64,000 bases of DNA, from IMG/VR virus record IMGVR_UViG_3300033068_001704, positions 1 through 64,000 of that record. One strand, written 5' to 3'. Within the stretch, counting starts at the first letter, position 1, and each line of letters starts with the position of its first letter. Made by a program: the position numbers and the translations under genes. The DNA is from a virus (lineage: Duplodnaviria; Caudoviricetes). This document shows positions 56,196 through 64,000 of the stretch, piece after piece. Under the pieces are notes generated by a model. It did no database searches. It saw nothing but the letters and a program-made list of their open reading frames with translations, and was not told the origin of the DNA.

Positions 56196-59100
56196 ATGGG
56201 GGCCACTAAGCTCCACGTCTTCGACTTCGACGGCACCCTCTTTCTCAGCCCTGACCCCCCTCCGGGTACGGCACATGAGGACTGGTGGTCTCGGTCGCCT
56301 TCTCTGTCGCCCCCGTGCGTCCCTGAGCGGCCGTCGCGGGACTGGTGGAACCAGTCTGTCGTCGATGCTGCGAAGGCGGCGATCCAGGACAGTGACGGGA
56401 TCGCAGTGCTCGTCTCGGGTCGGGAAGAGAAGTTCATGCTTCGGGTGAAGGACCTCCTGAGCCAGGCGGGCCTGCACTTCGCTGAGGTGTACCTGTCCCC
56501 CGGGAAGGTCACGACCGATCGCTTCAAGATGGACGTGATCTGGAAGCTCCTCGACAACAACGCGGGCATCCGAGGGGTCTCGATCTGGGAAGATCGTGAT
56601 GACCACCTGCGTGTGTTTGCCGATGCGATCGAGGCACGAGGCCGAGCTTGCTTCCCTCATCTGGTGACAGTCCCCCGGAAGGAAGCCGACTGCTCGGCGG
56701 TGCGTGTCGCAGCTCGCTACAAGTCGAAGAAGAAGGACGAAGACGGCAACGTCCACTACGAGTACAGCGAGCGCCAGGTCAAGAACCGGCACAACGAGAA
56801 GGCTGAGCGCGTCGAGAAGCTCAGGAAGAACCTGAACGACCTCCGCAAGAAGGTCCTCTCGGACCTGAAGGTGGAGGACCCGAAGACGAGTCTCGCGGCT
56901 CTCGCTGTGGCCCTCATGGATGAGACCATCGAGCGCGTCGGGAACGATGGCAGCGCTTCCGAGGGTCACTTCGGGGTCACGGGGTGGTGCAAGAAGCACC
57001 TCACCTTCCGAGGCAACAAGGCGATCTTCAAGTACGTCGGCAAGTCTGGCGTCGATCAGGAGAAGGAAGTCACGAAGGCCCCGGTCGTGAAGCTCCTTCG
57101 TGAGCTGGCGCGTGGGAAGGGGAAGAATGATCGGCTGCTCGAAAAGGACGGCGTCGAGGCGAAGCCCGAGTTGGTCAACGAGTACCTGAAGCACTTCGAC
57201 ATCACCGCGAAGGACATCCGTGGCCTCCGAGCCAATCAGGAGATGTGCGAGGCCCTGAAGCGGACCCGGAGCAACGGGTCGAAGCTTCCGAAGGACCGCA
57301 AGAAGCGCGATGGGATCCTGAAGAAGGAGTTCCAGAAGACGTTGGAGGAGGTCGCCGACATTGTCGGTCACGAGCCTGCGACGTTGAGGTCGGACTATCT
57401 CGTCCCCGGGCTGGAAGACACCTTCATGAAGGATGGGACAGTCGTCTCGTCCTTCAAGTCGGCCACCAAGACCGAGGGTGAGCGAGAGGATGAGGCCACG
57501 CAGGCGCTCATCAAACCCAGCCCGAAGAAGAAGCCCCCTCGGGACGATCTCCGCAAGCGGAGGATCGAAGTCGATGATTCGGACGTCGGGGGCAAGGACC
57601 CTGACCTCTCTCTCAACTACAAGAGGGTTGCATCGCGGATCGCGATGTCAGTCCGTGTCGCTTCGCGCTTCGCCGGGAGGATCCCGATCCTGGTGGACGT
57701 GGCCTCGACCATCGAGGTGCGCCGGAAGCACCCCTCTCACCCCGAGGCGGTCTCCGCGACGTTCACAGGTCCCGTGATCCTCTATCGCATCTTCGACGGG
57801 GAAGAGCTTTCCCGTGCCCTCAAGGCAGGGAAGATCACGGGCGGGACCTACGCTGTGAAGGCCGAACGAGAGGTCGGGGCCTCATGGGGCACCAACCTGT
57901 CGGAAATCGTCCGGTGGGGCAACTCTCAGCGTGGGAAGCGTCTGGGGGAAGACCTCTTCGTCGCACGGCTGAATGCAGCTCGGAAGCGCTTCCTGCATCT
58001 CAACCCTGAGATCGACCCGATCGATCCGACGGGTGCCGCGGAGCAGATCCGCAGCATGGATGCGAGCCGCATCAACCTTGGTCTCGGGGCCTCGGTGGCG
58101 GACGTCTCCATCCAGAACGTGGGCCTGTTCAAGGTCCAACTGGATGGTCGTGTGGATGCGATCTCCCCCATGGAGGCGCAGTCGTACGTGGGGCTCCGAT
58201 CGAAGTTGGAGGTGGATCTCCGAGCGGTCAATTCCCAGCTCTACCAGGGCTCCATCCTTGGGGTGGACGTGCGCATCTGGGACAAGGGGGGTCGGTGGGG
58301 GGCATACCTCAATGACGACCGCCAGATCGCAACGAACGCTGCGACGAAGGATGACGCCATCGAGCTGGCGAAGATGGCGATTCGGATGAACCCGTCTCGC
58401 CCGGTCCAGATGGATGGGGCCATCTTGGCTCAGCGCCGGAAGTACGATCAGAACTTCGTGGCGGACGAAGACCCGAAGAAGGTCCGTGGCAATTTCAAGG
58501 TGCGCCCCCGAGACCGGGTCGAGGTGGTGAAGGGCGCTCCTGGGGTTGGGATCAAGGCTCGCGAGAAGCTCACCGTCGCCGATGTCTATCAGCTTCAGGG
58601 GGAGCGTGAAGTCCGCGTGAAGCTGCTGGCCGGGAACCGGCCTGTCCTCCTGTACGCGATTCACCCGAACCGCCTCATGGATCCGGAGATCCCGCTGCTC
58701 GACAGCCGGGGTCACCGAGTCCTGGTTCGCCCTCTCATTGACTCCCACCGTGTCGCTATGGCGATGAGGATCGCGGACGCCGAGATGGAGTTCGAGGAGT
58801 TCGTATCAGGCAAGTCGTTCCCGCACCCGAAGACCAAGAACCAGGTCAAGTTCCCCTCTCTCCCCATGGAAGAGCAGGATCGAATTCGGAAGGAGTGGGC
58901 CAAGAAGAGTGGCCCGAACGTTCCGAAGAAGTCTCCGAAGAAGTCCCCGAAGGAGACTGAGGGCAAGACTCCGGAGAACGCTGAAGCCGAAGCCGCGGAG
59001 AACGCGAAGAAGCTCAAGGATGAGCTGCGCGGCAAGGCCAGGTCTCTGGGGGATTCCCCTGCCTTCTCGGGTCGAACCCAGAAGGTGGTGGATGACACTC

Positions 59101-60380
59101 TGGATGGCCTCCTCGATTCCATGTCGGTGGAAGAGGCCTCGGAATTCGTAGCGGCGATCGTCTCTTCCCGCGATGCGGGGATCTCAGCGGTGGTGCGCAC
59201 CAAGAACCTCTCGGGTGTCCCGCCGGCTCCCAACGAGAACCAGCTCGCAGAGCTTCGGACGGACTACCGGAACCTCTCGAAGAAGGTGTCCGAGATCGAG
59301 TCCGAACGGGATGGGGCGGAGGACGACGACCAACGGAAGAAGTTCGAGGAGCAGCTCAAGCCGCTTGCCGAAGAACTCTCCGCGGCCCGCGAGAAGCTCC
59401 AGAACGGCTTCTCGAAATTCTACACCCGGGAGGCCGTCTCCGCGGCGCTCATCAACCCGATGACATGGCTGAAGGACGACGCGTCCACCCCCCTCGACAA
59501 GAAGAACGTCGGCACCCGAATCGAGGGGACGGTCAGTCGTTATCGCGACCTGGATGAGAGGGGCCGGGAGCAGTCTGCTGAGGCACTCGGAGACGTGGAG
59601 GAGAAGACCCTGGGGCGGATCGAGGAGCTGGAGGAGACCCTCCGGTCAGGGGACGACGTCTCCCAGGATCGAGCCGCTCTCACCCGTGAGCTGGAGGACG
59701 CGAAGAACCTCCTGGAGTACGTGGCGGCAGACCGCCGCGCCCTGGAGATCTCGGCCGTGTTCGAAGGGGACCGTGACGCTGGGGAGGGGATCCCGAAGGG
59801 GACCCGAGCCATGCTCAAGGCGCTCAAGGGCAGCGGGGTCATGATCTCGGAGATGATGGAGGCAGGGCTGGGCGTCCCTGGCTCGGAGCCGGAGGTCGAG
59901 GCGATCTCCCACCTGGTCCGGAAGATGGACCCGGAGCAGATGGAGGAGACCCTCCGTGCGCTCGATCCGAAGCTCGCGGATGTCTGGAAGAAGCTCCAAG
60001 AGGCGGACGACGAGGACCCGAAGTATCGGTGGCCGTTCTCTGGGCTCAGCAAGCTCGACGAAGGGTCGAGACGCGAGAAGATCGAGAACGCCCACAAGAT
60101 CTTCGTGGACCTGCTGACCGGGGTCGCGGTTGAGGACCTGTCAACCGATCAGACCTTCACCCCTTCCGCCCCGAAGGGCGCCCCCAAGACGAAGTCCAAG
60201 ACGAAGTCGGAACCCAGCGACTTCGAGGAACGTGGTGGGGATGAGGACGAGGAGACGACCTATGAGTCGCCGTTCAGCACGGCGATCGAGGACCTCGTGA
60301 AGCTCGATATCCCTGTGGATTCCCCGGAGTCGGGAAAGACTGGGTCGTACCCGACCTGGCCGACCCCGATTCCCGTTTAG
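56196..60380 (+). CDS. multidomain protein: HAD phosphatase + type IB topoisomerase + unknown domains
   Basis: VFDFDGTLF; ERVGN, YVGKSG, KDIRG, GHEPATLRSDY (H...Y spacing of 9 as in poxvirus-type TopIB). Confidence 0.82.
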   Translation: MGATKLHVFDFDGTLFLSPDPPPGTAHEDWWSRSPSLSPPCVPERPSRDWWNQSVVDAAKAAIQDSDGIAVLVSGREEKFMLRVKDLLSQAGLHFAEVYLSPGKVTTDRFKMDVIWKLLDNNAGIRGVSIWEDRDDHLRVFADAIEARGRACFPHLVTVPRKEADCSAVRVAARYKSKKKDEDGNVHYEYSERQVKNRHNEKAERVEKLRKNLNDLRKKVLSDLKVEDPKTSLAALAVALMDETIERVGNDGSASEGHFGVTGWCKKHLTFRGNKAIFKYVGKSGVDQEKEVTKAPVVKLLRELARGKGKNDRLLEKDGVEAKPELVNEYLKHFDITAKDIRGLRANQEMCEALKRTRSNGSKLPKDRKKRDGILKKEFQKTLEEVADIVGHEPATLRSDYLVPGLEDTFMKDGTVVSSFKSATKTEGEREDEATQALIKPSPKKKPPRDDLRKRRIEVDDSDVGGKDPDLSLNYKRVASRIAMSVRVASRFAGRIPILVDVASTIEVRRKHPSHPEAVSATFTGPVILYRIFDGEELSRALKAGKITGGTYAVKAEREVGASWGTNLSEIVRWGNSQRGKRLGEDLFVARLNAARKRFLHLNPEIDPIDPTGAAEQIRSMDASRINLGLGASVADVSIQNVGLFKVQLDGRVDAISPMEAQSYVGLRSKLEVDLRAVNSQLYQGSILGVDVRIWDKGGRWGAYLNDDRQIATNAATKDDAIELAKMAIRMNPSRPVQMDGAILAQRRKYDQNFVADEDPKKVRGNFKVRPRDRVEVVKGAPGVGIKAREKLTVADVYQLQGEREVRVKLLAGNRPVLLYAIHPNRLMDPEIPLLDSRGHRVLVRPLIDSHRVAMAMRIADAEMEFEEFVSGKSFPHPKTKNQVKFPSLPMEEQDRIRKEWAKKSGPNVPKKSPKKSPKETEGKTPENAEAEAAENAKKLKDELRGKARSLGDSPAFSGRTQKVVDDTLDGLLDSMSVEEASEFVAAIVSSRDAGISAVVRTKNLSGVPPAPNENQLAELRTDYRNLSKKVSEIESERDGAEDDDQRKKFEEQLKPLAEELSAAREKLQNGFSKFYTREAVSAALINPMTWLKDDASTPLDKKNVGTRIEGTVSRYRDLDERGREQSAEALGDVEEKTLGRIEELEETLRSGDDVSQDRAALTRELEDAKNLLEYVAADRRALEISAVFEGDRDAGEGIPKGTRAMLKALKGSGVMISEMMEAGLGVPGSEPEVEAISHLVRKMDPEQMEETLRALDPKLADVWKKLQEADDEDPKYRWPFSGLSKLDEGSRREKIENAHKIFVDLLTGVAVEDLSTDQTFTPSAPKGAPKTKSKTKSEPSDFEERGGDEDEETTYESPFSTAIEDLVKLDIPVDSPESGKTGSYPTWPTPIPV

Positions 60381-60473
60381 TTCATTATTTCAAGACCTCA
60401 CATAGGTAGGGTGCCCTTGCGGCACATTCATAGGCTCCAACCAATTGCGGGCCTTCACTGGAGGATTCCCCCG

Positions 60474-61040
60474 ATGACCGTCAAGAAGGCAACCGCAGCG
60501 GGCGCTCGTCGCGTGACCGCGAATCTCGACAACCTCGCGAACCTGTTCCAGAACCACGCGGAGGCGCTCGGCGTCCCGAAGAAGGTGGCGATGGACTTCG
60601 CCTTCCGCTGTGACCTCCTCTCGGACGCCATCGAGAAGACGGCAGGCTTCGATGCCGCGTCGATCGGCAAGGTCGTTCCGGGTCCCGTGGAGATGGACTC
60701 GAACAACGCCTTCATGAAGGGCGAGTTCACGCAGGAGGAGAACGAGCAGCTCTCGCAGAAGCAGGAGAGCGGCACGCTCGCCCAGGGCGACAAGCTCGCA
60801 TCGCTCATCGCGCGTGAGGCGACTCGCATCGCGCACGAGATCATCGCGAAGGGCAAGCCCTTCCCCGGCGCAGCCGCCCCCTTCGGCTCGAAGGACGACG
60901 ACGCGAAGGACGACGACGCGAAGGACGAGTCCAAGAAGGAGGCCAAGAAGGCCGAAGAGGACGAGGACGAGAAGGGTGAGGCAGACGCCGAGGCGGCGAA
61001 GAAGAGCGCCTCGATGTTCGGTCTCTACTCCGCGAAGTGA
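60474..61040 (+). CDS. putative head core protein
   Basis: GGAGG SD; KTAG, KSAS motifs, K/D/E-rich tail. Confidence 0.6.
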   Translation: MTVKKATAAGARRVTANLDNLANLFQNHAEALGVPKKVAMDFAFRCDLLSDAIEKTAGFDAASIGKVVPGPVEMDSNNAFMKGEFTQEENEQLSQKQESGTLAQGDKLASLIAREATRIAHEIIAKGKPFPGAAAPFGSKDDDAKDDDAKDESKKEAKKAEEDEDEKGEADAEAAKKSASMFGLYSAK

Positions 61041-61660
61041 GCAGTCCCGTGCCGGTTCGCAAGGGTCACTACGTTGATTACCAGGCTCGTGGGGCTGCCT
61101 TCAGGGTTGGCGACCACGTGTACCCCATCGTTGGCGGCAATCCCGCGACGGGTGGGACGGTGGTCGCGGTGTGGCCCGCGATCGGCATGGTGGACGTTCA
61201 GTTCCCCCATGGTGCGACCCGTTACGCAGTCGAGGAGCTGGTCATCGACAGAGACTCGTCCGTCGAGAACCTCGTCGATGTGATGTCGGACTCTGTGCCT
61301 GGTGGCACCCCGACCGTCTCGGTGCCCGGCGGCCCGAACGTTCTCCTCAAGGACGTTCGGGACGAGGATGTCGAGGAAGACCTCTTCCGAGAGGCGAGCA
61401 TGTCTCGCAAGGCCTCCTCGGGTCGCGTCATCGAGGCCTTCATCAAGAAGGCGATCTACTGGGATTCCCCCGGTAGGAAGTACCGGATGACCCGGTCGGA
61501 GATGGGTTCGATGTGCCCCTCGTGCCCCAGGTGTCCTGGGGTCGAGCTGCGCAAGACCATCTACAAGCGTGAGGACGCTCGGAACGAGCGCTTGTACGCG
61601 TGCCCCGACTGCCTGTTCATGATCCGCCGAGACGACATCATCGGATTCGGAGAGGTGTGA
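61037..61660 (+). CDS. hypothetical protein with C-terminal zinc ribbon
   Basis: CPRC...CPDC; REAS, RKAS, KKA motifs. Confidence 0.65.
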   Translation: MSSPVPVRKGHYVDYQARGAAFRVGDHVYPIVGGNPATGGTVVAVWPAIGMVDVQFPHGATRYAVEELVIDRDSSVENLVDVMSDSVPGGTPTVSVPGGPNVLLKDVRDEDVEEDLFREASMSRKASSGRVIEAFIKKAIYWDSPGRKYRMTRSEMGSMCPSCPRCPGVELRKTIYKREDARNERLYACPDCLFMIRRDDIIGFGEV

Positions 61661-61663
61661 GCG

Positions 61664-63142
61664 ATGGCCTTTCTCCGGTACGCACGGGCACAGGTCACGC
61701 GCCCTCAGGTCCAGGGTCAGCTATGGGACAACGTTCGGGTTGCGTCTGGCGTGCGCCGGGCGGACCGGAACCTCGTCGATCAGGCCTCCAAGATCCTCCA
61801 GGATGATTTCGACCCCTCGAAGTACCTCCTGACCCACGCGACGATCGTCGCTTCGGTGGACACCGTCCCTGGCCCGAGCACGAAGCTCGGGAAGGTCACG
61901 GAGGAAGGCCGGAAGATCGTCCGCAAGACGGCGAACTACCGGGTCAAGGCCTCCTGCGACAAGTTCATCAACAACAACCTCGACTGCTGGGCGAGGCCTG
62001 TTCTGCTCAAGTCGTACCCGACGTTCGTCGGGGCGCACTCGTTCGTCGAGCACGTACAGATCGAGAACCTGTCCAAGGGCCGCATCATCGATGCGGTGGG
62101 TCGGGACATCGGCGACTCGATCTACGTGGACATCCTCGTTGCGAACGACCGCAAGCACGCAGAGCTGATCAAGGACATCGAGTCCGGCAAGCTTTCGACG
62201 CTGTCGATGGGTTGCTCGATCGATGGTTCGACCTGCACGAAGTGTGGTCACTGGGCGGCGGACGAGACCGAGTTCTGCGACCACATCAAGTACGAGAAGG
62301 GCAACATCTTCTACGACGACAACGGTCAGAAGTACCGGGTCGCCGAGCTGTGTGGAGATGAGTCCCTCGACCCCAGCGGAGGGGTGAAGTTCATCGAGGC
62401 GTCGTGGGTCGAGATCCCGGCGTTCACGGGGGCAGTCGCCCGGAACATCATCACCGTGAACTCCGAGAGCGGGAAGAAGAAGACTGCGCAGCAGATCCAG
62501 CGTGTCTTCGAGGGTTCGGAGCCGTTCTCGCCGGACCTGGGATCGATGCAGCGGGCTGCTTCGGACCTTGGTCTCGACCGGCAGGCAGACCTCTCGTACG
62601 TCGCTGGGATGTTCGATGAGGAAGAGGGGGGAGAGACTCCTCCCCCCTCGGAACCCGTCAAGTCTCCCCTCGACGACCTTCGTGGGAAGGTCAAGCAGCA
62701 CCTGCTCGACGACGTCCTCCAGGAGCTGGAGGACGAGATGTCCAAGAAGGATGTCGAAGACCAGGTGATCCCGAAGTCGGACGCCCCGAACGACAGCGTC
62801 GTCAAGCAGGCGAAGCATCGTTTCGTCAGGGCTGGGATGAAGCGCGTGTACGTCGCTTCGCTCCGAACCCTCGTCTCGACCGCCTCGAATGACGCCGCCC
62901 TCATGAACGGAATTGCGACCCTGAATGCCGAAATCGGAATTCAGGTTCCGGTTTCTGTCTATAGGGCTGCGCTAAAGGTCGGGGCCTACTCCCGATACGC
63001 AGGCCCTCAGCAATTCCTCAAGGCAGCCGGGGAAGCCCTCGGACATACGCCTTCCCACAGCGAAACGCGGACGCTCGCGCGCCTCGCGTATCTGCTGGAA
63101 GAACGATCGAACCACTCGGCGTCACGCCGAAACCGTTCCTGA
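61664..63142 (+). CDS. putative prohead (capsid maturation) protease
   Basis: FVEH, KGRIIDA, SMGC, CTKCG, CDH, FIEASWV.IPAF pattern; position before scaffold-like gene. Confidence 0.65.
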   Translation: MAFLRYARAQVTRPQVQGQLWDNVRVASGVRRADRNLVDQASKILQDDFDPSKYLLTHATIVASVDTVPGPSTKLGKVTEEGRKIVRKTANYRVKASCDKFINNNLDCWARPVLLKSYPTFVGAHSFVEHVQIENLSKGRIIDAVGRDIGDSIYVDILVANDRKHAELIKDIESGKLSTLSMGCSIDGSTCTKCGHWAADETEFCDHIKYEKGNIFYDDNGQKYRVAELCGDESLDPSGGVKFIEASWVEIPAFTGAVARNIITVNSESGKKKTAQQIQRVFEGSEPFSPDLGSMQRAASDLGLDRQADLSYVAGMFDEEEGGETPPPSEPVKSPLDDLRGKVKQHLLDDVLQELEDEMSKKDVEDQVIPKSDAPNDSVVKQAKHRFVRAGMKRVYVASLRTLVSTASNDAALMNGIATLNAEIGIQVPVSVYRAALKVGAYSRYAGPQQFLKAAGEALGHTPSHSETRTLARLAYLLEERSNHSASRRNRS

Positions 63143-63154
63143 AGGAGAACACTC

Positions 63155-64000
63155 ATGACGCGCCGCCGACTGACTCAGCACCGCCAGGCATCCGCTGCAC
63201 CCGCCCTCCCCACCGAGGCAGGGGGACACCCGGCGTCCTACCCGGACCCCGACGAGAACGCCTACATGAACGGCGATCCGTCGTCGTGGGCGGAGGACCC
63301 GACGAGCGGTCCCTACCCGAACGGCGAAGCTCCCGCCCTCCCCACCGAGGCAGGCGGACACCCGGCTTCGAAGTCGGCTTCGCGCGAAGTGCGCGCGGCC
63401 ATGGAGCAGAAGGCTGCGCGCTGCATCCGCATCGCTCAGTCGATGCTCGGCCGCAAGGCTTCGGTCGAGTCCATCGAGGACCAGGCCCTGGAGCTGATGA
63501 GCCTTCCCGACCGTCAGATCGCGGCGACCCTCAGCCGCATCGCGGACGAGCGCTCGGCGTCGAGCCTCCGTGAGGCAGACGACCTGATCGCTGACGATCT
63601 CCTCGTCGATGAGGAGGACGTCGCTTCGGCATCGTCGCGTTCGGCCAAGAAGGCGGACGAGGACGAGCTGGAGGAGGTCGAGGTCGAGGAGGAGAAGGAC
63701 GCAGCGAAGAAGGCGGCTCACTACGCCCGTCTCGCCGCGCACTACGGCTCGATCGCCAGCAAGTCGGCCTCGAAGAAGTCCGAGGACGAGGAAGAGGAAG
63801 ACCTTCTCGCCGAGATGGAAGAGGAGGAGGCGAAGAAGTCCGCCGCCAAGAAGTCCGAGGACGACGAGGACACCGAGGCTCTTCTCGCAGAGATGCTGGA
63901 GGAAGAGGAGAAGAAGAAGTCTGCGTCGAAGAAGTCGGAAGACGAGACCGACGAGGACGAGGCGAAGAAGGAAGCCGCCAAGAAGTCGGAAGACGAGGCC
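63155..64000 (+). CDS. acidic scaffold-like protein, truncated by window end
   Basis: AAGGAG SD; open frame to end; E/D tracts alternating with KSAS/KSAA/KEAA; absent from ORF track because no stop. Confidence 0.7.
   Translation, partial: MTRRRLTQHRQASAAPALPTEAGGHPASYPDPDENAYMNGDPSSWAEDPTSGPYPNGEAPALPTEAGGHPASKSASREVRAAMEQKAARCIRIAQSMLGRKASVESIEDQALELMSLPDRQIAATLSRIADERSASSLREADDLIADDLLVDEEDVASASSRSAKKADEDELEEVEVEEEKDAAKKAAHYARLAAHYGSIASKSASKKSEDEEEEDLLAEMEEEEAKKSAAKKSEDDEDTEALLAEMLEEEEKKKSASKKSEDETDEDEAKKEAAKKSEDEA
63200..63366 (+). repeat. 35-bp direct repeat (63200-63234, 63332-63366) encoding PALPTEAGGHPA
   Basis: CCCGCCCTCCCCACCGAGGCAGG[G/C]GGACACCCGGC twice. Confidence 0.85.

Overview
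GC-rich segment of a large tailed dsDNA (jumbo-type) bacteriophage genome, almost entirely + strand. Layout: (i) 1-7.7 kb, small accessory genes and two divergent sigma-70/ECF-like genes; (ii) 9.0-20.0 kb, an array of 40 tRNA genes covering all 20 amino acids, interspersed with structured non-coding spacers, an HNH nuclease and a zinc peptidase; (iii) 20.4-44.7 kb, a bacterial-type replication/recombination module (holB/holA/dnaX/dnaN-like, primase, class II RNR, RecD2, SSB, RuvC, RecA, split SbcC, SbcD, Cas4-like nuclease, NusG paralog); (iv) 44.7-64 kb, head morphogenesis genes (terminase large subunit, portal, prohead protease, acidic scaffold-like protein) and a 1394-aa HAD + topoisomerase IB fusion. 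The two strongest candidate novel systems are: (1) a ribosome-mediated attenuator at the head of the tRNA array, whose 43-codon leader contains all 20 amino acids and 32 different codons and whose antiterminator overlaps the leader stop codon, suggesting a pan-tRNA depletion sensor; (2) a portable ~25-aa tag (LRxxxIRLAHxNPxLRPHLLPL) at the N- or C-terminus of four unrelated proteins, flanked by a K/R-x-A motif that also saturates the scaffold-like protein, suggesting cleavable capsid-loading of virion cargo. All functional calls rest on motif recognition by eye; no database searches or folding programs were run.
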